Of a DNA stretch of 64,000 bases, positions 12,181 to 26,468 are shown piece by piece. A program made the position numbers and the translations under genes. The notes beneath the pieces were generated by a model. The model ran no database searches. It was given only the letters and a program-made list of their open reading frames with translations, and was not told the DNA's origin. The DNA is from Botryllus schlosseri (Eukaryota). How positions within the stretch are numbered: the first letter of the stretch is position 1; every line of letters starts with the position of its first letter. Where the stretch lies: NCBI GenBank assembly GCA_051294905.1, contig CM119382.1, positions 1,922,001-1,986,000 on the forward strand, given 5' to 3'.

Positions 12181-14069
12181 TCTTTACCAACTGACTTGTT
12201 AGTGACTTGACGGCTTTCCTTATTTGTGTTTTTCAATTTAAATTAGTACACGATGTGAGCCAATTATCATTATCAATAGGATTGTTTCTTCCTCTGCACA
12301 TATTCAAACGCTATAGCTTTGTTATTTTAGTTACTGTGCGGAAGAGGCGGTTCTGATACATGTTAAAAGCATTGTTACAAATCATATGTGCCTTCGTACT
12401 CCATCTGCATGTGCTTATACTTATACTAATTTGACGAGTGTCATGATGTGGTTGATTTATACCTCGCTGGAATTCTGCGGTTCAGTGTGCTACCTCTTGG
12501 GTGGGAATACACTCTATTTTCGCTAAAAGTGCGGATTTGCGTCGTGAAATGTACAAGGTAACTGGTCGACAGCTTTTTACATCGAACGCAATTGAAACAC
12601 GGCCTTTCCGTACACGCCGACGAGACGACGCGAGAGATGATAAACAACAACAAAATCGAATAATCAGACTCGGGAATGCTAGTTTACGCGAGGATCCAAC
12701 TTCCAGCTATATAATCCATTCTTTAAAATTGACATTTCCGTATTCGTATCAGACATAAGGCGATTACTGCGTGTATGTAATCACTTCTGAATCGCAAATT
12801 CCCGAAGTAGTTGATTACGATCCACGGAAAAGTAATCACGATTCCGTTTATATTGCTTCCTCAAACTTGAGCCTTGAACACATGCTCGAATGAAATACAT
12901 CGAGTATCTAAATGTTGGGTAATCGCCTTTTTCACAACAAATCCATTATATATGTAAAATATCCGATTATGATCGCTTCAAAATACTGTCATTGTCGCAA
13001 TCAATTACGATTACAAATACGACTGCCCTGCGTCTGATTCGTACCACCAAAAGAGCGGCAATCAAGAATGCAGAGGGCCAGTAAACCGTATCGAATCTGG
13101 TGTCGGATATCAAAACGTAAACTTGAATCTGATACGATACGTTACGCTTGGTGTCAACCGACTCTGAATAGTCACAGATTCTTGGTGTGCCTCCGGTTAG
13201 CCTTGTTCGGGGCACCGATTGAAAGCGAATATCTACTAAGGTCGAGGTTAAGCAAAACTAACCCGCAACGACTCGGGACATCGACATCGCGTGGGAATTT
13301 TACTGCGCGTTTTTGTATCGCATTTTGCGAGAATATTCATATTCCGGATGCGGTAAAAATGTATATGCTATAATCCATCTAACAATCGGTATCACGCAGA
13401 TGTTGTCAAAGTAGTTATCGATAACACTCAAATAGTATGAACAGCGTCGTAATTAATTCGTACCCATGTACAAGTGCAAGCAGCGATATCCGGGTAGGTT
13501 TAGAAGTAAGTATTCTAGGCATGCAGTTCTGACTAAAAACGTAGAAGCAGAAGTAGTTTTAAATCATAACCACTTGAGTACTCTTGAAAAGTTGGAATAG
13601 TTCTTCCTGACCGTGGCCACCTCTGATATCACGATAGATCTGCAGGCTATAAGAAGAACTACTTAGGGGAGTTGAAATAGGCTCAATTTGACCATTGACG
13701 AAGTGACAGTCCATTACGTACTATGCACAACAGAGATGGCAGGGGGGGCCGCATCCGGCCCGACAGTGGTACTGTAGTTTCACTCTACTCACCACTAGGA
13801 GCAAGTCGGTGACATTGACACTCAATTTCGAGAAGGCAAAATTGCACACTGAATTCAAATTATTATGGAGGAAAATCGCCGAAAAGTAGTGCCAGTGCAA
13901 AACCGGTGGAGGTTACATGAAAAATATAGTAGTTACATAAAAATACAACTCAAATATCCGTGATCGCACTGCTGTATCACCTCTGATCCGAAAGTCCCCG
14001 ACTTCCAGAGAAACCCGTCTCACGATAATGAACCAAATTACAACATCCGAGATAGCGGTTAATCCATTG

Positions 14070-14697
14070 TAGGGGTCACCAACGTGCGGACAGCGGGCCA
14101 CATGCGGCCCACGACATGATTTGAGATTTCGGAAGAACGCTTGGTAAATAATTTCGAAATGCTGAAATTGATTTAAGTTTACAAATATTGTTGTTGTTCA
14201 AAGTAAGCTATTCGCCTGTGTCCAACATCGCTATTCCTCACTGGCTGAAACGGCTTCGCCGATAGCACATTTCACTGAGAAAAAATCAGCTGATATGAAT
14301 GTGCAGTGCATATTGCCTTGACGTGCGATGGCCAGACGCTTACAAAAACGACTTGGGGCTTCCCCGCAAGATCAAGCTTTACGACGAAACAGTGTCTAGT
14401 TAACCTCAAGTTTTATCCGGTATTTTGCGCAGCTCATAGTTCAAATAGAATGAAAGTGACGATCGTGACATTTTGTTGCATCTATATTTATTGAATCAAA
14501 TAGTTTTCCTTTTGCGGTAACTATGCCCGTCGCCCATGTTAGAGAGCACAGCGTTATACTGATGTAAATATAAAATTTTAAAAACATTGTTGTTTGATTG
14601 CGTGGCCTATTTTATCTCGATATTGAATTCATGCAGTCCGAGGCCTCTACGAAATTTCAAAAGTGGCCCGCGACCCGTTTTGAGTTGGACACCCCTG
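14070..14697. mobile_element. Buster/Charlie-type hAT MITE
   Basis: taggggtcaccaac / gttggacacccctg, TSD atccattg / atctattg (7 of 8). Confidence 0.8.
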
Positions 14698-15543
14698 ATC
14701 TATTGCATTCCTAAAGAAGCAATGCTAACGCTTGATTACGACTAAAACAAAAGGAGTATAGAAATATGTCAACTTCTATCGTCGTCAGAGCGACTGTTGT
14801 AGCGGTATATAGCCAAACATCGTATTTCGCTCATTCCGTTGATTGTGAATAACGGAGTTGGTAGAATACAGAACTCCTACGATCTGTAATATAATAATGC
14901 TTGATAATATATTATTCAAGTGAAAAAACAAAGTCATGGGTTTCGAGGTAACATTATGGACTTAGTTGACTTGTGCGGCCAGCAAGCGACCTGAAGGTTT
15001 GGATCCGGCCCACGACACAAGTTGAGTTTGACACCCCAGAAGACTACACCAAACACTGTACTGTACGCATTGATCGGAGCGAGAATCCCAACAGCGTCGG
15101 CCACAGTCGGTCACACACGGGACTCTCATCAGCTGAAAACATTTCCGCAAAACGAATCCGTATATTTTAGATTTTGTTTCCTCTCATCGAGATCATAGCG
15201 ACAATCATTTCAAAGACGATGCCACGTGCTACTATTTATTTCTAGTAGATTGTTATGAGGAATACGCCCGAGTGGGTACGAAGTCCAACAAGCGGGACCC
15301 ATTCACATTTCTCCCTATTAGCAGAACAACTTCCCTATCGCAGGCACTCATCTTCAATACCATACGGGAAGCAATATGTAACCGACAATTGTCATTCTCA
15401 TTAGAAGCGTATTATGTATTTGGATCGAACCACCTCTATCTTTCCATCGTGTGAAAAATTTGAAGCATATTGGATATCGAAACCGAACTGACCCTGAATC
15501 TGACATGGAATGGTCATGATCGGCGAGTTCAATAGTTCTATAT

Positions 15544-17045
15544 CAGACCCGGGCAAAGTGCGGGCGGCGGGCCAAATGCGGCCCGCGAAGCTATTCTGTG
15601 CGGCCCGCGAAAGGTTGCTTGGAATTCAAAACATAAAACTTGCTTTTTGAATGACTGAACAGTGAACACATTATACAGTATGTGCTTCAATTTGTGACGT
15701 GATATGTTTCCAAATAAACAAGTCAATCAGTGATCGCGATTACTATATGACTCATCATATTTATCACCCATTAAGAATTAACGGGCATGCCAAAAAAAAG
15801 TCGAAAACTGAAATTCAAAGAAGGTTCAGGTTTAGAATTTAGAGCACTAAATATTCGCATACTGGAGTCAGGGGTAAACCCATCCTTTCAGTGTTTGCCG
15901 ATCATGGCGCCGAGATTAAGGATTTTCATTAAAGTCGTTCGTATGACAAAAGCACGAAACACTCAGTCAAGGGAGGGCGAAGTTCTGAAAAACTGCAAGC
16001 TCGCTCAACATCAAGACTATTTAAGCTGCACACTACTCGGAAGGCAGCGACCAATAAGATAAGCTTTGTACTATTGCATGTTATTATTATTATACAGGTA
16101 TTATACAGTGACGCTTATCGCCGTTTAGGCCTTGTGCGTCACGACACAGATATTGGTACAGTTCAGTTTCATTGACAGTTCAGTATCTTCAACATCATGC
16201 AGTGCTCATTGGACGACTTTCAATCACGCGCATTCACTCTTTTCACTCTTTCGCTTGCATGTGTCCGTCTTTGGGTCTCGGCTGCCGACTTTCTGAGAGC
16301 GTGGCTTATACTCTGTGTCTGGGCTTTTCAACACACTGTTAATACAGCGGGATCGACGACGGGGAGCCCAGAAAACCTCCGACACATAGAGACATGGCAG
16401 AGCCGAAACTTGAACCAAGAACCATTGCCGTCGTGAGGGTGTCGATTAGCACATTTCCGTGCAGTGGTTCTCGAGCTGGGAGACGTGAAAGCATCAGAAG
16501 GGTGGCGCGAAGCTTTATTGAAATTTTGTTTTCGCGCTGCGCGCAATATACCCGACTTTTAGTTGTTGCTCTGTATATTGTCCGACTTCGATATTTCACA
16601 ATTCTCTCATCAACAGCCATAATCGTCCATGCCATCAAACTATCCGTTGGGATTGCTAGCATTCCAGTGGTGCTTTTTAATATTTTGTGATATCATGATA
16701 AGTGGGCGCGCAATTTTTAACTATTATGAAGGGAGGCATGCCTAAACAAAGTTTTGAGAACCACTGTTTTAAAGAGTTATAATCGAAGAGTGAGGATAGG
16801 GTTTTAAATAGAGCTAAAATGCATCAGGTTTAACATTCTCTGACAGCTAATAGTTATTTTTTAATTAACCGTCACTTTCTCATTACCTAATATCAACACA
16901 TTCACTAAGCAGCATTTATTAACAATGTCAGTTAGAAATAAAATGAAAACACGCTAGAGAATATAGCTAATCTCTTTCACTCGGCCATCCAACGTATTTC
17001 TTTTTTCTCATTTGGCCCGTGGAGGAAAATAATTGCCCACCCGTG
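15544..17045 (+). mobile_element. Deleted SPIN/Buster-type hAT with a decayed transposase N-terminus
   Basis: cagacccgggcaa / ttgcccacccgtg, perfect TSD ttctatat. From 15787, with frameshifts and stops, MPKK...KYSHTGVRGKPILSV...IKDFH*SRSYDKSTKH resembles the GTF2IRD2/SPIN N-terminal KYFFTEVxGKPVCLIC...KEYNLxRHYxTKH. Confidence 0.8.
16462..16766. mobile_element. cagtggttctc-type MITE nested in 15544-17045
   Basis: TIR cagtggttctc / gagaaccactg. Left arm matches the reverse complement of 46215-46273. No matching TSD. Confidence 0.65.
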
Positions 17046-18817
17046 TTCTATATAGTCCATGCTATCATTAGAATTTAACGGCGAAGAAAAACTTACAAGA
17101 TTGCAAATAAAGCATCAGAATGACTATAGAGTGGAGGAACAGAAATTCAATATACAATACTCAACTGTTGATATACAAAGTTACTTTGAGTTCTCTACTA
17201 GTTGCTGACGATAGCCCGTGGCGAAAATATTCGGGCTTACTTCAACATGAATGAATAATTCACTGCGCAATTTCGAAACTATGTTATATGACCTCGAAAC
17301 AAAGTTATATTGTCATATAGGCACGCCTATTTCAGTGATTAAAACGAGGTGGATCTACCTGAAACTATTTTTACTTCGTATTGATTATAGAAAAGTAATT
17401 AATTTGACTTCACCGCTGCTGAAATACAGACAACTGACTGTTAGGAGATATGGTCCAGGTATAGTGACCAACATAACACCTACTAGCTATAGCATTGATA
17501 AACATGTAGAAATATCTCCTGGATCAAACGTGATTAATTTGTGCATACTAAATTGGCCACCACAGTCATCTACGGACTCTGGAAAGCGACATGATTATAA
17601 TTGAATCAATATTGAAAACGAAGGCCTTGTCCGCATTCTAAAAGAAGCAACCATAGCTGACAGCGGCATCTGTGATTAGATTACAAGACATCAAAATACG
17701 GATATTTTGCTGGTGTCTTTTTGATTCCAATCGAAGACATAGGCCTATTTATTCGTACCATGCAGCTCATACTAGCTATACTCGATCATCCTATCTCTAC
17801 CAAGTTTTTCGAAACGTCCATGAAAAGCGCAGCAGACATACCGGCTGACATCTGACTTTAGTGCAGGCTAGACATACTACGGTCGGCGACGAGTCATGTG
17901 CAGACATCGATATTCCTCGCCCAGACATAGCTGGCTGCGACTTTGCAGTGTGCGAAGTGTATGCGTGTCGGATAACATCAGTCGGACACATCGAGCACCT
18001 GATTTATTCGATTCTGAATCGCGTAATAGACTTCGAGTCGAGTATTCGGGTTCGGGCATTATGACGCCGAAACAGTATGAAAGACGTGAAAGTTGAAAGT
18101 AGAATTAATAATAGATTCACATTCTAGTATTCGAAGCTTGTGCCCACAGCCCACCCCTACATGGAGGTTTAAAAAACTTGCAGAAAATAAATTACCATCC
18201 GAATGCCAAAACGCGACGGCGGGCAACTGAGTTCAACTTGCAGAGTTAACCGAGGGCGTGCGTTGTCAAAGTCCAAGTCTATTTGACGTCATCATTTCGC
18301 CGTAATGTGCCATCACGTCACGGCATCATCCCACAACCCAATACATGCACGCTGAGCGTCTCGCCGGCTTGTCGGATCGATTGATGGCCGAAATATAGCG
18401 TTATAACGAAGCAATCGATTGGTAACGTTTCTTCGATGTATTAATACCGAAAACCACTTAACGAGCTGTAGTAATGGGTGGGAGATTTGAACCTCACTTG
18501 AGATTTTCAATGGCGTCACCGAAGTCAAACGTAACAAATCAGCAAGACAATCGGCCAGGTGAGAGAAAATAATCCTTATCAGGGCTGGGCAAAATCGAGT
18601 ACCTAACTTTAGGGCGGACCCACAGATGCCGATTGAAAAGTAATCGCCGATCGCCCAAATCGGGGATAATTTAATCAGCGAGCAAGGCCACCTGATGATT
18701 GTATTGCACAGATGCGAATTCTTCAGTGAATTATCTTATCCGGGATCACTGACGCAAAATGACGCAAATGACTACGTTAACACCACGCTTGTGGTACGTA
18801 CGCACTGTGTAGCCACT

Positions 18818-18945
18818 GGGACATCGGGTCTGCGGTATGTACGGACTGCGCTACCACCCGGACATCAGGTCTGGGATATGTTCGGACGGTGTTGCTACTC
18901 GGACGTTTTATCTGGGCGATGATCGGACTGTGTTGCCTGATCTGG
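18818..18945. repeat. Degenerate 41-bp GC-rich minisatellite (about 3 units)
   Basis: Units start at 18818, 18859 and 18900: (c/g)ggac....gtctg.g.tatg..cggac.g.g.t.c. Confidence 0.7.
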
Positions 18946-21900
18946 GTGACACGGCGGGGCATCGGAGAGCAAATTACCTTTTCGAGACAGCTCATTCGGC
19001 GGTTCAAATTTGGCCGATTAACATTCCCTGACTAGTGGCCAATCGTCATCTGTGCAACGGAAGCAGGTCGATTACTGACGTTTAATCGGCGATTACGGAT
19101 TGAGTCCTAGGCTTCGAGTCAACGAGTCAAGTATTATAGTCTCACTGAGTATGGATGACTTGATAAGTTCATAAGCGTACCTCTTGTGCGAGCACAAAGA
19201 AAATAAAGCCAATTCCACACCACATAAAGACCATACCTATTTCATGGCACTTCGTTACAATGCTTCGGGTCAATGAAGACTTCAGAGATATAACTCTTTC
19301 TACTCAACTCCAATGATTACAATCAACATACGATTTGGATCCGAGTACGCGAATCATTGTGCTCAGCCCTAATGGATACGACAGTACTATGATAAATGCC
19401 ATAGAAATCGCAAAACCACAGCGCCGCCACTACAGTTAGTGGATGATTCCCAGGTTACATTCGCCACGAAAGTTGCAACAGTATACAAAAAAGCTTAACG
19501 GTAAAAATATGGCTCGAAATGATTGAATAAAAGGTTGGTAAGTTTCAGCATGATCGGTTGATTTGATATGCAAAACTATTTACTACCGGAGTAGGATAAA
19601 TAAAACTTCATAGCGGTCTACGTAATTACATGAGTCGTTCAGCAGGTAAATGTTACCGTTCATTAGTAAAAACCCAATTCTTTAAGATGACGTCATGTTT
19701 TCCTTACGTACATGCAATGCACACACGAAAGATCGAGGTAACAATGTGCTGAAATTTACAAGCGTGTCGGCGTACAATGTTCGAGCGCAGGTGTTGAACA
19801 GGAGTTTCCGACAGCTCACAGAAATACACGATGGTTGTAATCGACGGGCGGATGCGAAACTGCATTTCACAGTGCAACGTTTCCAAGTGAATTCAGGAAA
19901 TCGCTGTGACAACTTTACGTTATATATATCATATTACCAAAGCAGGATAAAAGAACCCAGAACGCATAGGCGAAGAAAGATGAAGAACAGTAGCATAATC
20001 CACATGAATCACTCGAAACTGTTATTCTGATAACTCAGTGATTATTGACCGGGATTCTCTGAGGCAATGCCAGGGGTTCGCAGCACCCGACTCACACAGA
20101 AGTCACACGGATTTGCAGTAAATATTCATTATGTAATCGTTTTCTTTCGTGTGAAAATCATGTTTTAATGGTCTCGATCTTTTAACAACGTTAATGATGT
20201 ACAGTTCATTTGTGCAACGGTATTATGTAATGTGGCAGTTTCGTTTTGTGACGAGGCGAAAATTCGGGGTGCACCCAAGGCTTGTAAATTAGCGTAAGAG
20301 TTCAGTAGGTATAACTGAAACTGTATAGTAGTATAGCTGCAGATAGCTATGGAGATATCAGAAAGTCGGCGACCAAACCCTGTTGAAATCGCCATCTTCA
20401 ATCAAACAGCAAGACTTTTTAAGCATCGAATTGGAAGCCATAAAGACGGATTATGTCGTGCTTCCCAGCAACAAGAAACTGTCGAGCATTTCGGCATCCC
20501 TCGCTCCAGCGAACGGGAGAACCTGCCATGTACAGCTAGTCGACAAGGCGTGTCGTCCTCACTTATCCCGATATAATTTGCCCAGCAATCGAATTTGTTT
20601 TGCTAACCGGAAGATACATTTAAAAAAAAAACTGTAAATAGAATCGACCTGTTGCACAAGGGCATAGCTACCGATCGCCATAATACAATACAAACAAATA
20701 CAGTTGTGAGCAAGGTTTTTCAAGCATGTGTACGACGAAGAGAGAATTTCTTGCCCGAGTTCCGACTGAACATAATTTCCGTCTGCGCCTTTCCAAAACA
20801 CCTTCAAGGTAACAGTGTAAATGCATATGGTCCGGTGTGTTTTATCGTTTCAGTTGTGTGCGCTTCATGCTACATTCTATTAAAGGAGCCCGACTTTAGT
20901 GCGGATCTATCGAAAGGGTACACGCAGTTGCAAAATAAGTTTGGGAACCCCTGTTCCACAGAATCTGCGCCAAAGAGGGGTGGTGATTGAAAGATTGCTA
21001 CAGGTCAGAATAGAACAACTAGTAAATTTGGATATTTTCCAAATTATATTAGAATTAGAATTACAGCTACAGTTTTTTTTTTCAAATCAGATTACAACTA
21101 GCATTACTGAATTCGTGAAAAACGGAGAATTGAATCAAATTAAGTTCGTCTTAAATCAGCGTTCATCCATTCTGATAAGCATGAGAATGGCGAATGTAAG
21201 TACATCGTACAGCAACCTTGGATCGTTTAGCATTATACAGTTCTCCTGTAACCTTTCCAGGAAAAAAACAGAAATTACACTTGGATTAAAATTAGAGCAG
21301 AGAAACATTTCACAAATTGGATTAGAACTAGATTACCGGCATTTCACTACACTTAGTTCATTGAATTATAGAGTTGACCAAGTCTGGTAAAGGCCGTTCG
21401 ACTCCTTACTGTCCTTTCATTGTATCGAAATCATGCGGTGCGTTTGAACCGTTGAAAAAAATAACAAACATACGAGAGAATGAACGATGTCAGAAAGTAT
21501 AGGGCAGAAGAAAAACGCGGGGAATTCGTGTCCCCCGCGCCGAAGAAATACCGACACTAAGACCAGAAACCCTATCCTCAAGAAGCTCCAAGTTACGAAA
21601 CTGATATGTAAACGAAGTGATTCTCACCAAGTTTGCTTTTCGTTTTCGAGCGGCTTCGCATTGAAAGTGAAAAAGTGACGCTAGATACGAAGTTATGAGG
21701 TTCGATCAAAGACACGAATATTCGAGAGAAACAAGGTGGCAGTTGCACTTTCGCTGATAGCGAGAGAATCCAGCTCCAACACTGTACCATCGCAGCCAGA
21801 ATTTTAAATTGTACAATGTACATTGTACATGCAGAATGAAAGCACATTTCGTGGGACATGGACTAGCAGCGGATGGAAAAGTCCTGTTAGTGTTCTGTGA

Positions 21901-23859
21901 GTTGTATTGATGAGATCAGGTCGCCGCGTACAAGACAGGAAAGGACCCTGGCAAGAGTCAAAGTAACGGAGGGTTATAAAATACACAGATGGCGGTCACT
22001 GTGTTTAAAAAAAAAACGCGACCACAACATCGGCGTGTTAGAGGCGGGACTGATTTGTAGTGCATTCCAGAGTTCGACAAGTAGAAAATTTACGCTATAA
22101 CTAAAATTACAACTAATCAGTTCTTTTCCACAGTGTGGATTACAATTAGAATTACTGAATTCGCAAAAACTCGGAAATTCAATTAAATTCCCAAATACAA
22201 CAAAATTCAAGTTCGTTTTTTAAGCATTAGATTGGCAAATGTCAATACACCAAGCTTCGCTCGATTAGCATTATCCAGTTTACCTGTAACATTTTCAGGA
22301 AAACCAAAATTAGATTAGAATTAGATTATCGGCATTTCGCTCTCAATAGTCTATTTCTACAAGTAGAATTATCAAGTTGTCGAGGTCCGCTGCTATAAGA
22401 TAGCCTGCTCTAAGAGTCTCGGCCGCGCGCTACTACGTCAATTTCAACATAGTATGCATAACATAACATCGTACCCTGGGATATAACATACTACGAAGCG
22501 ACTCCATAGGCCGAATTACATGCGCTTACTTCGCCTTCATTTCGATACTGAATGTCAGCATCCACGTCACTGTAGAGATACACGCGACTTCAAGACATCG
22601 AAAATTTGCAGACTGCAACGCGCTGATTAGCGAGAGTTATCGAAGTGATAGAGTATATGTCGATGTCATTACTCAGATCTTACAAAAGTAGATAATTTTG
22701 AGTATACCGCCAATTATTTATAAGGCCAGGCAGTGAGCAATGCGCGAAATCGTGCTACTGTCCAATCTTCCAGAAATTAGCCGACATTATTACACGTTTC
22801 TCGTAAAACGAAAACGTTCTGCCAGCGAGCCAATATTTAGCAATTTACAAGGAAATTAGGAGAAGCGCTACTCCCTTTAAAAAAGATATCGGCTATCTTT
22901 ACACCGGTAATAATTTACATCGGATTAAAAGGCGCAATTCGATTCTGTTCTTCGACAATAATTATCCGAAATAAAACAGTATTACCACCTCCATTCCAAT
23001 TATATCATGTCGTTGATGACAGGACTATTAACGACTATACTTCGGGATACCGGTGAAAAGCCAAAATCTTGCAGGACTTGGTAGCAGCTAACTCGGAGTG
23101 TGGTGTGATCAGCTCATTCAGCAGTAGGTATATGCAAAGTCAGGCTGTGTTAAGGCCTAAAACCAAACGCATGCTATGATAAGACGACTGTACTGCGCAT
23201 GTACAGTGTACATTATTCAATGGTTGTGGAATGATAGCAAGCTCAGTCCGCAGTGCGGTTAAGGGTCGGTACACGAAAAAAAAGTTGAATCATTCCCTAC
23301 CAAATGAGACTTACATAAGCCTACAATACAGGGTTGGACAACAAGAAAGTTTTCGGCTTTCCAAGATAAATTAAAATTAAAACTAGGAAATTGAATGAAA
23401 TTCCGAATTGGAATAAATACAACAAAATCCAAGTTCAGTACATATCAAATCAGAGTTATTACTCCTAAGCATGAAAATGACAAAAGCCATTACGGTATAT
23501 TTTTATTACGATCGATTATCTGCTAAAACCAATGTTCTTGGCAGTATTTAATGTATACATGGACTATATGAATTTGGACCTGCTGTGTCCAGTTTGCAAC
23601 GTGACTGTGCTCCGGCCTCCGGGAAACATGAAAAACGAGCAGTGATTTTTGCACTTGCTGAATTTGATACTAGAAGTATGATAAAAATAACTATTATTAC
23701 TATTTTTATTATGCAATCGATGCATCCATATTACATTACACATTGTACGATTGAAAATGAATGTCTCAATTAGGATGAGTGTGGATTGTGATATTCGGCA
23801 CTTCCACTCAGCAGTTGATTGTATGTATGTATATCGTACACATTAATACATTACTGTAT

Positions 23860-23910
23860 GTGGGTTATGGTTCGGTTAGATTAGGGTTAGTTTAGGGTTT
23901 GGGTCAGGAT
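23860..23910. repeat. Degenerate (GGGTTA)n-like tract
   Basis: gggttatggttcggttagattagggttagtttagggtttgggtc. Confidence 0.55.
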
Positions 23911-25591
23911 TTGCGGCCGCAAGTGCCAATTCAGCATGCCCAATTCACTGGTAACAGAAAACATACCAAGCAATAAATACATTGGACCGTTCTTAGATTA
24001 TATTTTCTGCAGCGTTAGGATATGGGGCCTCGGTGAGGGCAGTATTACCACTCAAGGTTTGTTAAACAACACTCCATTTGCCAACTAAATAACACTACAT
24101 CGACAAACAACACACTAGTTTCGAAATTTAAAGCTAAACTATTGCGTAAATCATAAATTAAGAAAGAAATGCATCGGTTAACGCGAACAAATTTACCAGG
24201 AGACATAGCAAATGATAACTTCATCACGTTTTTGCAATCCCTTGACATACCTTGACAATATTATATCCATTGCATTCAGATTCAATCCAACCCGAGTGAG
24301 GGATATGAAAGTCGGTGGAACGTCATACATTCACATTCCAATGAGTGTTTTTTTTTAGTTATTCCACTGTACAAGAATCAAAGGAGGCTACAAAGGAACA
24401 CTGTAATGAATTTAAAACACTGTCGCCTAATCAGTATATGGATATACTATTTCTGATTCTTTCCTAGAAGAATACGCTATTCAAATATGTATTAAAGCAC
24501 ATCAAAATAACATCCTCGATCAAATGTATTTACCCAGGAAAAAAACTTTGCAGACTTTTGACAAAAAATCACTAAAAAACTAGTCTCAAGTCAAAATACA
24601 CTAAATCAAGTGTGAAAACAATAGCAGCGGCACCACCGGGTGCGATCGACCCAAAAACTTTCCGAACACCCGCCAGCCAATCGTGAAGAATTATTACATC
24701 ACAGTCAGCGTACGGCCATATCAAATCTAACAAACGCAATGTACTAATATTGATTCGTATTGAAAACGCCAAGTTGATCAGAAATCGCCGATGTAGCGCC
24801 GCAGATTAGTCGAATCAGTCAGGCGCCAAGGAGTTATCCTAATTACAGTCGTGATTGTGGCGTGATAGAGAGCCATGTCTGGAATGAGGCGGCGCGCGCG
24901 GATTAATTAAAGGTGAACGGGTAATTGCAGCAGTGACATTATGAGATTATGAAAAGTTGGCTCTTTAGATGAAACGGAAATTGAGAGCGTGACAGCCTGA
25001 GAAATATGACATCTCAGGGGTTTTTGATAGTTCTAATACGATTAGCGACGCGTGCGTTACAAGGGACTATAAACTAGAGACACATATTTATATTACATCC
25101 CGGTCAGGAGTATAGAGTCAATTTGCGATGCCTTTAGCGCACTAGTTCTTAAACGGGGTTCCCACGAATCCCACGGGTTCGTCGGAGGCCAAGACACACA
25201 CGTGACTCGTGCAACAGAAGTGGCATTGATTCGCAGTAACTATTCATTACAATATTTTGGTTTTGTGTGAAAATCGTGTTTTACTGGGTTTGTTCTATTG
25301 ACGCTCAGATCCTTTTGTGCACCAGCAGTCTATAGCTATATAGATGTGAAATGTGGTCGATCTTTATTTCTGTCACTACGGTAGGTGAAAATTTGAGGTT
25401 CGCCGAAATCTTGCAGATTAGCGTGCATAACCTTCAGGTTAGTGAAGAACTACTTCTTATTGCTTCATCCCAGGGACAGTACGGTGACCGACCTCGGTAA
25501 GAGCCAAACTGAAACGTGCTCCCAAGTACGTTGAGGGCTGAGAACGGCTGTATGCGAAAAAAATATGACTTTACTCGGCAACAGTGATAAC

Positions 25592-26468
25592 TAGAGCAAG
25601 TTTTTGCAACTTTTTTTTTACAGCTTCCGACAGCTTTCTAGATACTCAGAATCTATGTACTAAACTGTTTGGAGGGATTTTATAGTGCATCGTTTTGCAA
25701 CTTTTCTCTATTTTTCATGGCAATTTCCGCTGCAACTTTTATCAAATATTGCGTGAAAATGTAAGGGATTGATTTAAAAACATGCTATAATCTATTTCTA
25801 GTATGGTTCTATTATCTTTGATTTACATAACAATGAGCTGCATGATGCCTTAGGTGCAAATATGAATGTTATATATGACACAATGGCTTGCAAGCAAGAA
25901 GTTCAACTACCACTGCCAAGCACGACTATGGCCCAACAATACGTATCTTGGATATAGATCGCTAGATTAATTCTGTCGTTTAAATTTGAGATAGTTTTCA
26001 ATTTCACGTACGCCCAGGCGAGACCGTCGAAGATTACATTTTCGCTGGGTCGCCCTTTTCAGGCTACTGATTTTGTTAAAGTCGCAAAGAGTGAGATGTT
26101 CTGTAATTCCCTGAGTCAACTCTGCAGACCGTGGGGGTTTGGGGTGTGTTATTTGACTTGTTTAAGTCGGAGGCGCGATCGCATGCTGTTTGGCTTTTTG
26201 GGAAAAAATTATTTCCGCATTGCGTGATTTTCTTGCCGTGAACCGGTAAAAAATGTAATTTTTAGCGGTCTCGTCCATCGCCAGACCGTCCGTGAATAGG
26301 CGACGTAATAAAACTGACAGCAATGCAAGAACTACGTTAGACAACGGAACCTTTCGAGTATCTCATGTCCTGATAATTCAATAAAAATTAAAATGCAACT
26401 TTTTACTGCAACTCAAAAATTAAGTGCAACTTGCTCTCGATTTTAGTGCAACAAAAACTTCCCCTATA
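25592..26468. mobile_element. Ac-type hAT MITE (GCAAC arrays) with extra internal sequence
   Basis: tagagcaagttttt / aaaaacttccccta, TSD gtgataac on both sides (2-nt offset at right). Same family as 48779-49385. Confidence 0.75.

Noticed and set aside
15069-15142. MFSADESPVCDRLWPTLLGFSLRSM as the SUPT3H first exon
   Set aside because: It would need a poor GC donor (gcgtac) and lacks the conserved E-I/L-Q-x-M-M.
20899-21390. 163-aa ORF
   Set aside because: It lies mostly in Repeat A, and the frame is not kept in other copies.
24572-24772. ORF with DVIILHDW...IAPGG, methyltransferase- or glycosyltransferase-like words
   Set aside because: Short-motif coincidence; the DNA looks regulatory.
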